Origin: Candidatus Hydrogenedentota bacterium
GTDB lineage: Bacteria > Hydrogenedentota > Hydrogenedentia > Hydrogenedentales > GCA-2746185
DNA: 64,000 bases
Direction of reading: 5' to 3'
Assembly: GCA_046583315.1 (NCBI GenBank)
Contig: JAYGCN010000343.1
Coordinates: 1-64,000 of the forward strand
This document shows, piece by piece, positions 30,790 through 41,689 of the stretch. The notes beneath the pieces were generated by a model that made no database searches, was not told the DNA's origin, and saw only the letters and a program-made list of their open reading frames with translations. Every line of letters begins with the position of its first letter. Within the stretch, counting starts at the first letter, position 1. The translations under genes were made by a program, and so were the position numbers.

Positions 30790-31719
30790 TTAGCGAAAAA
30801 GTGGATTGGAGGTCGCGGGTTGCGCGCCGCCCATCGCCCCGTAGCCTCCGCCATGCCCGACCGGATTCCGCCCGACCCAACGCGCATCGATGGGCTCGCC
30901 TGCAGGCTGGAATCGCGTGTCCACCGACAATCGAACGCGTCCGGCAGGAGACCGGTTGTCCAGGCTTCCATGCAACATGAACATCGGGAAAATGACCACG
31001 TCACCCGCCCGGAATTCCGCTGTGAGCAGTCGCGAATCCCGTTCGCGCACCAGCGATACCGGATCGAGCGTGATATGACCCTGTCGGGTTTTGTCTTTGT
31101 CCACATCGAAACCGCGATACTCAGAAATCATGTCTTCCCAGAGGTGTGACCCTTCTACCAGTGCCAAAGGTCCGTCGTCCAGCCCGACATCCCCCAAAGG
31201 AGTCCATACCGTCAGGAGTCGCTCCGATCCCCGATTCATGTACACATGATCGAAATGATAGGCGGACGCGCGACCCGGGTGCATTGTGCGCATCCACAAG
31301 AAATCGAAGGCCCGAATATCGCTATCAAACAGGTCGCGCATGATTGAAACGATCGCCCCAGAATGGCTGACGTCCCGAACTTCAGGACACTCGCACAACC
31401 TTTGCCAAAACGCCCCGAGATCGTCGACTACTTCTCCACGCCGACTCGTTCCGGTCGATATCCCCTCAAGGAACGGTTCTTCGATCTCCCCGACCGATGC
31501 GAGCCTGGACAACACAACAGCGCGCGCCTCCATCACCCGGTCGCGATCCAGTGCACCTCGCAGGAACAAATATCCATCATCGAGGAGTCGTCTATTTAGT
31601 TCCGTCGCATTTTCGATTGAATCCGCGCTGTTGCGTAGCGGGCCAAGCAGTGTTTCAGAAACGGGCTGCTCATGGGCCGAAAGGGTATTGGGGATAATCA
31701 TATTCATCTTCTTTAGCAT
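30790..31719 (-). CDS. Phytanoyl-CoA dioxygenase (PhyH) family Fe/2OG oxygenase
   Basis: GYLFLRG, HFD (HxD), WTPLGD...GPL...GSH, MLHGS and RLSVD.R. Confidence 0.88.
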   Translation of the reverse strand: MLKKMNMIIPNTLSAHEQPVSETLLGPLRNSADSIENATELNRRLLDDGYLFLRGALDRDRVMEARAVVLSRLASVGEIEEPFLEGISTGTSRRGEVVDDLGAFWQRLCECPEVRDVSHSGAIVSIMRDLFDSDIRAFDFLWMRTMHPGRASAYHFDHVYMNRGSERLLTVWTPLGDVGLDDGPLALVEGSHLWEDMISEYRGFDVDKDKTRQGHITLDPVSLVRERDSRLLTAEFRAGDVVIFPMFMLHGSLDNRSPAGRVRLSVDTRFQPAGEPIDARWVGRNPVGHGGGYGAMGGAQPATSNPLFR

Positions 31720-31798
31720 TTGGAGACTATCCCATGTAGAATAACACGATACCGCATCTCATGTAACCACAGAACAACTTCAATAAAGGTTTCACTCA

Positions 31799-34135
31799 AT
31801 GCGCTTGACCACTCTTCTGATGTTGTTCCTCGTCGCTCTTGATGCCGACGCACAGAAAATTGACCTGAGCAACGCGAGCATTGTAGTCCGCCCAGGAGAT
31901 TTGCCGCTGGCAGAACAAGCAGCCGGCGTTGTGTTGCAAGAAGAGATCGAAAAACGAAGCGGGATTCGCCTACCTATTTCCGGGAGTTGGCCTGACCAGG
32001 GATCGGGTATCGCAATCTCCTCCACCGAAAACGTCCCAGCCTGGAACAAAGAACTTCCCGCATTCACTGAACGAAATGCCGAGGGCTATCGTCTTTATGC
32101 GGATGCAGACGACAACATCTGGATACTCGGTGCCGATGCGCGCGGCACGTTGTATGGAGTCGGTGATTTGTTACGGAATCTGGAGTGGGGGAAAGGCGTC
32201 GTTTCGTTATCAGCCCCCATCGACCGCCACACAGCCCCGGCCTACCCGATTCGAGGCCACCAGCTCGGATTTCGCCATCGTGCCAATTCCTGGGATGCCT
32301 GGACACCCGAACAGTTCGACCAATACATGCGCGAGCTCGCATTTTTTGGTGTCAACAGCATCGAGAACATTCCCTTCGAGGATGAGCGGGAAGGCCCGCT
32401 GATGAAGGTGACACGCCGTGAGATGAATCAAAAATTGAGCGAAATCTGCGCACGTTACGGCATGGATTATTGGGTGTGGACACCCGCGGACTACGACCTC
32501 ACCGATACGGATGCGCGCGCCGCGGCACTCGACAAACATGAACAACTCTACCAGGATTGCGAAGAATTGACCGGCGTATTTTTTCCGGGCGGCGATCCTG
32601 GTCACAACCCACCGGAGCTCGTGCTCCCCTTTCTGGAGGACATCTCAAAACGACTGAGTCAGTATCACCCGGATGCACGGGTGTGGTTGTCCCTTCAATG
32701 GTTCAACAAGAAGCAAATTGCCTACATCTACGATTTTCTCGAAACGGAATCGCCGGACTGGCTCGGCGGACTCGTTGCCGGGCCATCGTCTCCCCGGATT
32801 CCAGAGACACGTCGACGCCTTCCCGCAAAGTACAAATATCGCCTCTATCCCGACATCACGCACAACAAGATCTGCCAATATCCCGTGCCATGGTGGGACC
32901 AGGCCTATGCATTGACGCTCGGTCGCGAAGCCATCAATCCGCGTCCGGCACAATACACCCAAATCCACAATTGGTTCGCCCCGCACAGCGACGGATTCAT
33001 TTCCTATTCAGACGGCGTACACGACGACGTGAACAAATCCATCTGGAGCGCGCTCGGCTGGGATCCTTCACGGAAACCACGCGAGACACTCGTAGAATAT
33101 TGTCGAGTCTTTTTCGGCCCCGACGTTGCAGAAGCGGCCGCGGACGGAATACTGGCCCTGGAAAACAATTGGCGCGGCTCATTGATCGATAACGGTGCCG
33201 TCGAGAGTACGCTCCTGCTCTGGCAGAAGCTCGAAGAGGCTCATCCCGAGCTCGACGACAACTGGCGCTGGCAAATGAATCAGGTGCGCGCGGTTTTCGA
33301 TGCCTATTTGCGCCACCGACTCATTCATGAAACACGCCTGGAACAAGAAGTGAACGCCATCCTCCGTCGAACTGAGCTGTTCGGATCTCAGGCATCCATG
33401 CAGGCGGCTCTGGATAAGCTGAACGAAGTCAAAACGCAGCCAGAGAGCGTCGACCTGCGAGACCGCATCTTCGAACTCTGCGAGAAACTGTTTCAATCGA
33501 TTCAACTACAGACGAGCGTGCCGAAATATCAGGCGAGCGGTGCCGAGCGTGGGGCATTCCTCGATTTCGTTGATTATCCGATGAACAACCGCTGGTGGCT
33601 CGAAGATCAATTCGCAAAAATCGCCGAGATGAATACAGAGGCCGAGAAAAATGCACGATTGTTGGTCATCGCCAACTGGGAAAACCCTGGACTTGGCAGT
33701 TACTACGACGACATCGGAAACACTGCAAAATCGAATCACGTATGGCACAGCGACGTCGTCGTGACACAGCCGGGTGAAGAAGTAAATCCGGAGCCGACGC
33801 TGTGGTGGTGGGACAACGGCATGAGCCGCGAACGTTTGAGTTTTCAATCCAGCATGGGCTGGCCCAAAGCGGTGGTCTACGAAGGCCTCGACACCAACGC
33901 AAACTACATCATACGTACGACCGGTTACGGCCAAGCCCTATTGAAAATGGATGGCCAGCCGGCATCACCCTCGATCAACGGAACGGGTATCGGCGAATTC
34001 AAAGACTTCCCCGTTCCCACGGAGCTGATTCAGGATCGCGAACTCATTATCACCTGGGATCGCCCCACCAACGAAGGGCACCTAAACTGGCGGCAGCACT
34101 CGCGCGTTTCGGAGATCTGGCTATTGAAGCACTAG
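31799..34135 (+). CDS. Secreted glycoside hydrolase-like protein (GH20/GH67-type N-terminal domain)
   Basis: EGY.L....I.I.G.D.RG.LYGV..LL and P....RG motifs. Confidence 0.6.
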   Translation: MRLTTLLMLFLVALDADAQKIDLSNASIVVRPGDLPLAEQAAGVVLQEEIEKRSGIRLPISGSWPDQGSGIAISSTENVPAWNKELPAFTERNAEGYRLYADADDNIWILGADARGTLYGVGDLLRNLEWGKGVVSLSAPIDRHTAPAYPIRGHQLGFRHRANSWDAWTPEQFDQYMRELAFFGVNSIENIPFEDEREGPLMKVTRREMNQKLSEICARYGMDYWVWTPADYDLTDTDARAAALDKHEQLYQDCEELTGVFFPGGDPGHNPPELVLPFLEDISKRLSQYHPDARVWLSLQWFNKKQIAYIYDFLETESPDWLGGLVAGPSSPRIPETRRRLPAKYKYRLYPDITHNKICQYPVPWWDQAYALTLGREAINPRPAQYTQIHNWFAPHSDGFISYSDGVHDDVNKSIWSALGWDPSRKPRETLVEYCRVFFGPDVAEAAADGILALENNWRGSLIDNGAVESTLLLWQKLEEAHPELDDNWRWQMNQVRAVFDAYLRHRLIHETRLEQEVNAILRRTELFGSQASMQAALDKLNEVKTQPESVDLRDRIFELCEKLFQSIQLQTSVPKYQASGAERGAFLDFVDYPMNNRWWLEDQFAKIAEMNTEAEKNARLLVIANWENPGLGSYYDDIGNTAKSNHVWHSDVVVTQPGEEVNPEPTLWWWDNGMSRERLSFQSSMGWPKAVVYEGLDTNANYIIRTTGYGQALLKMDGQPASPSINGTGIGEFKDFPVPTELIQDRELIITWDRPTNEGHLNWRQHSRVSEIWLLKH

Positions 34136-34830
34136 CGGAAAAAGTCGACTATCCAGCGGGCCATTCGCTCGTTGTCGACTGCCACTTTCAAGGAATTGAT
34201 ACCCTCGTCGACCAGTTGGTCACCCAATTGTTCTCGGCGCAACGAGAAAAGATTTCGCGAATACTCCGGGCTGAATTCTGGATGTCCCTGAATCGTCAGA
34301 ATGTGATCCCCAACCCGACACATGGCCACGGGACACTTTTCGCTGCCCGCCAATGTCACACTGCCGATCGCCGGAACCACCACCTGATCCTGATGGCTGC
34401 AGATCACGTCGAATCCTTCGGTCAGACCCGTTAGTGCGAGGCCTTCGTCATTCAGCGCATGACGTTGTACGCCGATCAGCCAGCCCTCCGATGATTTTTC
34501 CGTACGCCCGCCCAAAACATGCGCCACCAATTGATGGCCGAAGCAAATACCAATCAACTTTTTCTTACGTCGATGCAATTTCTGAACGAATCGTCCCAGA
34601 CGACGTATCCATTCCTCGTCATCATAAACGCTCGCTTTGCTGCCGGTAATCAGATACGCATCCACTTCATCAACATCATCCGGATACTCAAGACGCAGCA
34701 CATCATATCCCACACATTCGATGGTGGCATCTACTTCGTGCAGTAGCCTGCCAAACATATCCGGATACTCCCCGAAATCATCGACCAACGATTCCCGAAC
34801 ATCATCCGTTTTTAGTATTCCAATCTTCAC
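34132..34830 (-). CDS. Class I glutamine amidotransferase-like protein
   Basis: ITGS, GICFGHQ, HQDQV and QGHPE triad motifs; GTG start with AGGGG RBS. Confidence 0.9.
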   Translation of the reverse strand: MKIGILKTDDVRESLVDDFGEYPDMFGRLLHEVDATIECVGYDVLRLEYPDDVDEVDAYLITGSKASVYDDEEWIRRLGRFVQKLHRRKKKLIGICFGHQLVAHVLGGRTEKSSEGWLIGVQRHALNDEGLALTGLTEGFDVICSHQDQVVVPAIGSVTLAGSEKCPVAMCRVGDHILTIQGHPEFSPEYSRNLFSLRREQLGDQLVDEGINSLKVAVDNERMARWIVDFFR

Positions 34831-34856
34831 AATATCCCCTGTCGAAAAATCGACCC

Positions 34857-35699
34857 CTAGTAAGGGTGGTCGCCCAAAATAACGGACCGCTCCAGTTTGC
34901 GATGCCCCGGGAAAAAGTCGTTCACCGGTTTGTGCTGCGTCGACCGATTGTCCCAAATCGCTATCGAGTTGGGTTCCCACGAAAAACGATAGGTGTATTC
35001 GTCGGTCGTTACGTGCTTGAACAAAAAGGACAGTATCGCGTCGCTCTCGTTCAGTTCCAAACCAACGATGTTCTTCGTAAACAACTCGTTTACAAAAATT
35101 ACCTTCTTGCCCGTTTCCGGATGCGCCTGAATGACCGGGTGCTCAACCGGAGGATTATCCAGCAAGGCCTGCTTGAGGCGTTCTTCACCGCCCGGTTCCG
35201 CCAGACTTTCCCGAAACCCGTAGCGAAAATCATGGACCGCCGTTAAGGCATCCAGAAACTCCTGCATGACCTCCGATAAACCCTCATACGCCGCCGTCAT
35301 GCTCGAGAAAAGCGTGTCGCCGCCTTTGGGAGGCGTGATGCGCGATCGCAGAACCGTTCCCACGGGCGGATGCTGGCGAAAGGTCATATCCGAATGCCAG
35401 GTGTCGATTTTCGAAGGCACTTCAGGCGTACTTTCCAGAATCATGATCTCTGGAAACCCCTCTACCGACGGATAAGCCGGGTGAAAATCCAGCGGACCAA
35501 ACAATTCCGCCAACGCTTTATGCTGGGCAGGCTGTAGATCCTGATCCCTGAAAAATATGACCTGATGTTCCAACAACAATGAGCGGATTTCGTTGCCGAT
35601 TGATTCCGTGATAAATTGCGTTAGATCAATTCCACGGATCTCCGCACCGATTGTTCCTGCAAGCAACTTTACCTCTGCCATTTCGCGATTTCCTGTCAT
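34857..35699 (-). CDS. TauD/TfdA family dioxygenase
   Basis: IGAEI.GIDL, WHSD, GGDT, HPV...HPETG and WDNRSTQH. Confidence 0.92.
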   Translation of the reverse strand: MTGNREMAEVKLLAGTIGAEIRGIDLTQFITESIGNEIRSLLLEHQVIFFRDQDLQPAQHKALAELFGPLDFHPAYPSVEGFPEIMILESTPEVPSKIDTWHSDMTFRQHPPVGTVLRSRITPPKGGDTLFSSMTAAYEGLSEVMQEFLDALTAVHDFRYGFRESLAEPGGEERLKQALLDNPPVEHPVIQAHPETGKKVIFVNELFTKNIVGLELNESDAILSFLFKHVTTDEYTYRFSWEPNSIAIWDNRSTQHKPVNDFFPGHRKLERSVILGDHPY

Positions 35700-36134
35700 G
35701 AATTGTTCGCGCTACTGTTTATTGAATACCGCTTCTCTCTTTTCCAGAAAAGCCTACGCACCTTCTCATACGCCCTCCGGAAAATACCCCTTTTGTGAAC
35801 CTTTCATCCGAAGCGGCACGATGAATCGTATATTCTCGCACTTCCGCACCAGTATATCCTAGCCCTTTTTCGAATTCAGCGCGGCCCCATCCTGAAATTG
35901 CGACACATGTATTCGAGACAAAAGTGCACTGCTGTGCTCTGAACGAACCCAAAATCTCAACAATTACGCGATTTAGCCGGATCGTGAGCACCCTGAAAGT
36001 TGTCACGATCGAGATCTTTAACAGCAGATCAGCTCAGAACGGAATACGTCCAAAAAAACATTGGACTTTAGTCCAATACGATGAATGCCCGATTGGATCC
36101 CCGTTTTCGATGCACGACTTCCACACACAACCCA

Positions 36135-38312
36135 CTATAACGACCCAACCGCCTTCTGTGCGACTTCAATTGGGGTGCCGTCGGACTCCGTCAGACGAAG
36201 CATGAAGCCCCATCCCCCCACAAGCTGAGTCACCTGAACGAGCAGTTGGTTTTCGCCCGCTTTGAGATGTACCGGCACGATATCCTGGTCCAGCAACATC
36301 CCGCGATCTATGTTGTTCTCATGAACGGATTGCCCATTGAGCCAAATACGCACGCCATCGTCACTGCCGACGCGAATTTGCGCTTCCTTGGACGTCTCCG
36401 AAGAAAAAGTCGTGTAAGCAAACATACTGACGTCGTCGTGGGCCCCAAATAACCCGAGTGCATTGATGATCTGTCCCGTCTCATGATGAACCCATGAGTG
36501 GCTATGCCCATCGACAGGATAGCTCGCTTCAAGATCAATGTCCGGCGCGCCCACAGGATTTGCAGTGAAACCATCCGACGATTTCCACGCAAACGGCCCG
36601 ACCAGATACCATCGCGTCAGGAATCCCATCTTACGGATAAACGGTTCCGCAATGCCCTGCTGATGCGCCATGTCGAGAATCGCCTGCACATTCGCCGTCT
36701 CCGTGACCACCTCATTTAAGGCTTCACGAAGCGCGATCGATTCTTCAGGATATTTCACCGAATCAATCATGACATTGAGCGTAATCAACAGATTCGTGGA
36801 GGCCTCTGAGAGCTTTTCGAGATCCAACTCGCTCAGAATTATTTCGTAGGCTTCCACCGAAGGATAATCCTTGATGCCCTGAAACGCGATCTCCCGAAAT
36901 TCAGCATTGTCCGTCGTTTGGTACAGCGTGAGATAGGCCTTGCCAGCAGCCCCAGTCGCATTCTGATGGCCCAACGCATCCGCGTAGGCCAGCAACTTAT
37001 CAATATCGAATTTGCGGTCCTCACTCGGAAGGGACTCGACATAGGAAGTGATGGCATCCACGCCATCGGGCAATTCCGAGCGCGTCAATCCTTCGTATGC
37101 CATCGCCCGAAAGTCCAGGTCGTCACTCTCCGCATTCGCCAGCAGCACGTCCAGGAAAACGGAATCCTGTCTGCGACCCATCAGACCCAACAACCCAAGC
37201 TGCATATCCCGGCTGGCGGAAGGGTAGGCTTCCAGAAGAACGTCGAAGCTCTCGCGACCACGCACGTCGTCCAGACTCATCAAGATGGATGCCTCAAGCT
37301 CGTGATTCTCTGCCGTCATGGCCAGCACACCCTTGATGATGTTCGCATCGCCGAAACGGCACAGAGCAGCCAATACCGGGGCCTGCACACCGATCGAACC
37401 GTTGAATGTCAGCGCGTCGGCATAGAGTCCTATGGCGTGATCCCAGTTTCCGCCATTTAGCATGAGGGATTCAATGAAATGGAGATATCCATCCATCATA
37501 TCCGCCGTATTGACCGGGCGCTCGCCTTGATTCGGAAACAGTATCGGGTTTGATTGCATCATGGGTATCATTACAAACTTGGGATCGCCGATAGGCCCGA
37601 TGGCTCGAAGTACTGCACTGGGGATATACGATCTGAATTCCATGCGCTCGTCTCTGGTGCGCATAGGACTCAATCCGTACAGAAAATTATCATCGAAGGC
37701 GTAGTCGTGTTGCAGCGAGATCGTGCGGAGCGCGTCCATACTTTCGAGAAAAGCATCAAACGATTTTTGCTTGTCCGGCACCTTGTTGATTCCCTTAATG
37801 AGCGTAATGATCCGCGAGGAAAGCTGGTCGCAGGCTTCCGGACTTCCAATGAGAATCAATGCGCTGAGTGCCTCGCCATGATAGTCATTGTGGTCAAGAA
37901 AACCTGCAATGGGTGCTACGTCGTACCCTGCTGGGCAAACAATTCCCAGAAGACGTAGCGATTCGATAACCCCATGCTTCGGCGATTCAGCTTCCAGCAA
38001 ACCCGTCAACTGGCTGGTCAGCGCGATGCGTTCTTCTTCGAAGCCCGGTACGGCAACCGTATGACAAATGTCTGAGAGTATATTGCGCGACGTGCGCCAG
38101 ACTCGTTGGTCGTCGTGCCGTAGCAATTCGATGAGATCCGGCACGGCGCGCATTCCCTCGCGAGGTAACATGTGCCGAGCTATGGCGCGACGAGAATCGT
38201 TATCCCCGGCGAGGTCTTGAATCCACGTGTCGTAGTCCGATGCAAAACCCGTGGCCGAAAATAAATTAGCGACAATGAATAATGAAGCAAGAATCGGTTT
38301 CATCAAAGCCAC
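36135..38312 (-). CDS. Secreted HEAT-repeat protein with C-terminal PA14-like beta domain
   Basis: Signal peptide, helical repeats, W.LVGPF and GSDDGVRIWLNG...LKAGENQLL...GWGF. Confidence 0.7.
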   Translation of the reverse strand: MALMKPILASLFIVANLFSATGFASDYDTWIQDLAGDNDSRRAIARHMLPREGMRAVPDLIELLRHDDQRVWRTSRNILSDICHTVAVPGFEEERIALTSQLTGLLEAESPKHGVIESLRLLGIVCPAGYDVAPIAGFLDHNDYHGEALSALILIGSPEACDQLSSRIITLIKGINKVPDKQKSFDAFLESMDALRTISLQHDYAFDDNFLYGLSPMRTRDERMEFRSYIPSAVLRAIGPIGDPKFVMIPMMQSNPILFPNQGERPVNTADMMDGYLHFIESLMLNGGNWDHAIGLYADALTFNGSIGVQAPVLAALCRFGDANIIKGVLAMTAENHELEASILMSLDDVRGRESFDVLLEAYPSASRDMQLGLLGLMGRRQDSVFLDVLLANAESDDLDFRAMAYEGLTRSELPDGVDAITSYVESLPSEDRKFDIDKLLAYADALGHQNATGAAGKAYLTLYQTTDNAEFREIAFQGIKDYPSVEAYEIILSELDLEKLSEASTNLLITLNVMIDSVKYPEESIALREALNEVVTETANVQAILDMAHQQGIAEPFIRKMGFLTRWYLVGPFAWKSSDGFTANPVGAPDIDLEASYPVDGHSHSWVHHETGQIINALGLFGAHDDVSMFAYTTFSSETSKEAQIRVGSDDGVRIWLNGQSVHENNIDRGMLLDQDIVPVHLKAGENQLLVQVTQLVGGWGFMLRLTESDGTPIEVAQKAVGSL

Positions 38313-39581
38313 CTAGATATGCCACGGCGCGCGATACGCCCGCGTAAGGTGACGATTCGCCGCTTCGTCATTGATAAACCGTTCCGCCTCGCCATCCCAA
38401 TGCAACTTCCGCCCTGCCTTGAGCGCGATGCCGGCTAGCAAGGCCGGCGTCGTAGAGCGAAACCCCTGCTCAATGTCGGCCGCTGGTTTCTGGCGAGTGC
38501 GCACGCAGTGAAAAAAGTTATTGTGATGTTCAGGATTCGCCCAGGACGCTTGCGGCGGAAACATCTTCTCGCGAGTGCGTCCATCCGCGTACGTCACCGT
38601 AAATACGCCGCGATGGCATTCGACGCGTCCATTTTCCCCATGAAATTTCATACCAAAGGTCTTGTTTGAGTACGCATTCACATGGCGTTGTTCCCAGGTG
38701 ACCGTGCAGCCCGGATACTCAAACAGCGCCTCGACAAATTCGTAATTGTCCGAGTGCGGTGCGCCGCGATAACTCCCGCCCAGGGTGACCACGTTGAGCG
38801 GACGGTCCTCGCCAATGCCCCAATGCAACACATCCATCAGGTGCACACCCCAATTCGTCAATTCACCGCCTCGCGCATAATCGTGCCAGCCCATAAATCC
38901 GAACTGTCGTTGCGGAGAATACTCCGCCCACGGCGCAGGCCCAAGCCACATATCCCAATCCAGACCCTCCGGCGGAGCTTCCTTCTTCTCGATGCCCTGT
39001 AAACCATTCGTGCCGATCCACGCCGTCGCCGTCGTAATCTGTCCCAATTCCCCTTCACGCACGATGCGCATCGTCTCCTTGAATACGTCCATCGACCGAT
39101 GCTGCGTGCCCACCTGCACCACGCGACCGTATCGACGGGCCGCCTCGACCATCGCGCGCCCCTCGTGAATCGTCGTGCATACCGGTTTCTCCACGTAGAC
39201 ATCTTTTCCTGCCTGACATGCCATCACCGTAATCAGAGGATGCCAGTGATCCGGCGTGACGACCCAAACCGCATCGATATCCTCACGACCCAGCACCTCT
39301 CGAAAATCCTGATAGGTATCCGGCCGTTTTCCGGTAATCGTCTTCACATTTTCGGCCACTTCCTCATAGCGTTTGACGAATACATCGCACAGCGCCACGA
39401 TTTCGCAGTTCGGATTGTACGCCAACGAATACGCATGCGCGCGACCCATACCGCCATTACCGATGATAGCAATGCGAACCTTGTCGTTGTAGGAAACCCG
39501 TGCCGCCTCGGCCAAATTCGGAGACGTCAGCGCGGCAAGCCCCGCCGCTTTTAGAAAAGTTCGGCGAGCGAATGGTTTCAT
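38313..39581 (-). CDS. Tat-exported Gfo/Idh/MocA oxidoreductase
   Basis: RRTFLK Tat motif, IGNGGMG, TPDHWH, YVEKP, LDWDMWLGPAP and WGVHLMD. Confidence 0.9.
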   Translation of the reverse strand: MKPFARRTFLKAAGLAALTSPNLAEAARVSYNDKVRIAIIGNGGMGRAHAYSLAYNPNCEIVALCDVFVKRYEEVAENVKTITGKRPDTYQDFREVLGREDIDAVWVVTPDHWHPLITVMACQAGKDVYVEKPVCTTIHEGRAMVEAARRYGRVVQVGTQHRSMDVFKETMRIVREGELGQITTATAWIGTNGLQGIEKKEAPPEGLDWDMWLGPAPWAEYSPQRQFGFMGWHDYARGGELTNWGVHLMDVLHWGIGEDRPLNVVTLGGSYRGAPHSDNYEFVEALFEYPGCTVTWEQRHVNAYSNKTFGMKFHGENGRVECHRGVFTVTYADGRTREKMFPPQASWANPEHHNNFFHCVRTRQKPAADIEQGFRSTTPALLAGIALKAGRKLHWDGEAERFINDEAANRHLTRAYRAPWHI

Positions 39582-40705
39582 CGTATGCCTTCTCTCTGGC
39601 CAAGGTTTTTGAACAGATACATACCCTCTTTGCCCGGCGCGACGATATCGTTCCAGCCGTTGCCGTCGATATCTGCGACCCACAGGTAGATGCCCGTGCC
39701 GCTGTTGCGATCAGCCGGACCATAATCCAGCGTGTGCCGCTCAAAATCCCCTCCGTTGATCACGTAATAATAGAGTCCGACCGGATCGTTTGCGCCGGGA
39801 TCGCCCCCGGAATGCGCTCGCCATCGTTTTCCCGTAATCAACTCAGGAACGCCGTCCTTGTTCAGATCCGCAAGCACCATTTCATGAAATTGCGATCGTT
39901 TTCCTTCGATTTCGTGGAAGGTCCAGCCACGTTTTCCTTGAGCATCCTTTGTTTGCTCCCACCAGGCGAGGCCGTAATCATGTCCCGCGCCCACGATGAT
40001 GTCAGCAAGGTTGTCGCCGTTGATGTCATGCACCAATATCGGAACACTCGAGCTGCCATAGAGTACCGGTTCCTCGTGAAAGGTCCATTCGTCGGTCCAG
40101 GGAGATTCAGGTGCCTCGAACCAGCCGCCTTGAATCACCAGATCGCCGCGGCCATCACCATTAATATCACCAAACCCCAGGCCATGCCCCGTCTTGCGTT
40201 CGTTGATGGTGTGCATTTCAAAAGTCGACTTGCCCGGGAGCAGTCGGAAGATGCGTTGCGGGCCGTTCGGCGTATTCGGCACGACATCGATCGCGCCGTC
40301 ACCGTCAATGTCCCAAAAGCAGGGCTTCTCGATATTGCCCACTTCCGCAATATCGTGGACGGTCCATTGCGTGGTCGCGCCCTTCGGATTCTCGCGCCAG
40401 GTTAGTTTTTGTCCAAACCACGCGCCCGACACGATATCCAGATAACCATCTCCATTGACGTCCATCGGGTAGTCCCCAAAGTCATCAAAATAATCACCCT
40501 CTGGTTTCACGTCGCAGATCTTGTGGCGCGCCGTAAACGCAGGCCCTGAAAACCAGTATTCGCCCGAGACGATATCCAGTTCCCCGTCCCGATCCACATC
40601 AAACACGGAACACGCCTCATAGGTCGTGTCCCCGATTCGGGACCGCTCAAAAATCAATTCAACCGACGGCGCAGAACACATGAACGACAGCAGTGCAATT
40701 AGCAT
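39578..40705 (-). CDS. FG-GAP/VCBS-repeat beta-propeller protein
   Basis: Repeated D(V/I)(N/D)GDG..D motifs. Confidence 0.85.
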   Translation of the reverse strand: MLIALLSFMCSAPSVELIFERSRIGDTTYEACSVFDVDRDGELDIVSGEYWFSGPAFTARHKICDVKPEGDYFDDFGDYPMDVNGDGYLDIVSGAWFGQKLTWRENPKGATTQWTVHDIAEVGNIEKPCFWDIDGDGAIDVVPNTPNGPQRIFRLLPGKSTFEMHTINERKTGHGLGFGDINGDGRGDLVIQGGWFEAPESPWTDEWTFHEEPVLYGSSSVPILVHDINGDNLADIIVGAGHDYGLAWWEQTKDAQGKRGWTFHEIEGKRSQFHEMVLADLNKDGVPELITGKRWRAHSGGDPGANDPVGLYYYVINGGDFERHTLDYGPADRNSGTGIYLWVADIDGNGWNDIVAPGKEGMYLFKNLGQREGIR

Positions 40706-40892
40706 GAAAAATTCTCCAAAACAGACACTTCCAAAAATACCTCAACTAGAGTATACGTCTATAAAAGTCAGCATGCAACGCTATTTCGAATGCCACGAAG
40801 ATTCGGGTAAACTAACGCAAGCTACTCGAAAAGCAGAATGTATGTTCATTAAGAACATCGCATCCAAGCACCGCGCACAAGGTAACGGGAAC

Positions 40893-41636
40893 ATGATCAG
40901 GGTCTTAACATTGAACATCCATAAAGGCTTCACCCTTTTCAATGCACGCTTCATGCTGCATGAATTGCGCGACGCCTTAAGACGTAGCGAACCCGATATC
41001 GTCTTTCTGCAGGAGGTGCAAGGCGTTCACACGGAAAAGGAAGAGAATCACCACGATTGGCCCGACGAAGCGCAGGTTGAATTTCTGGCCGACGAAGTGT
41101 GGAGCGATTTCGCTTACGGAAAAAACGCCGTGTACACCCTGGGACATCATGGTAACGCGATTCTGTCGAAATACCCCATCGAGCATTGGGAGCAAGTCGA
41201 CATTTCCACGAACCGGGTCGAGCAGCGCGGTCACCTGTATTGCCGCTTGCAGTTGCCTGAGGAGAAGAGAACACTCCACTGTCTGTGTATGCACCTGGGA
41301 CTATCGGCGCTATCCCGACGCAAACAGCTCCACATGATATCCGACTATATCGCCAAACATGTACCCGACAAAGAGCTGCTCATCGTCGCGGGAGATTCCA
41401 ATGACTGGACCGGTCTCCCAACGAAACGTTTCGCGACGAGAGCGAACCTGCACGATGTCGCGCTTGTTTCCAACGGGAAACACCTCAAGACCTTTCCCGC
41501 GAAGCGACCACTGCTGAGCCTGGACCGAATTTATGTGCGGGGATTAAAGGTGCTCTACGCCACAGCGCATGACGACGCAATTTGGCGAGAGTTGTCCGAC
41601 CATGTACCACTGACTGCCGAGCTGGAGCTCCTCTAA
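40893..41636 (+). CDS. Endonuclease/exonuclease/phosphatase family protein (YbhP-like)
   Basis: TLNIHKG, LQEV, HGNAILS, AGDSND, LDRIY and SDH.P. Confidence 0.9.
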   Translation: MIRVLTLNIHKGFTLFNARFMLHELRDALRRSEPDIVFLQEVQGVHTEKEENHHDWPDEAQVEFLADEVWSDFAYGKNAVYTLGHHGNAILSKYPIEHWEQVDISTNRVEQRGHLYCRLQLPEEKRTLHCLCMHLGLSALSRRKQLHMISDYIAKHVPDKELLIVAGDSNDWTGLPTKRFATRANLHDVALVSNGKHLKTFPAKRPLLSLDRIYVRGLKVLYATAHDDAIWRELSDHVPLTAELELL

Positions 41637-41689
41637 AACGCCTACGAAATCGATTCGTTGAACAGCGCTGCCGAGACCGTATCACCTCG

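Noticed and set aside
35700..36134. ncRNA, riboswitch or small CDS in a long intergenic gap
   Set aside because: No recognisable RNA motif or convincing ORF; an Rfam covariance search would be needed.
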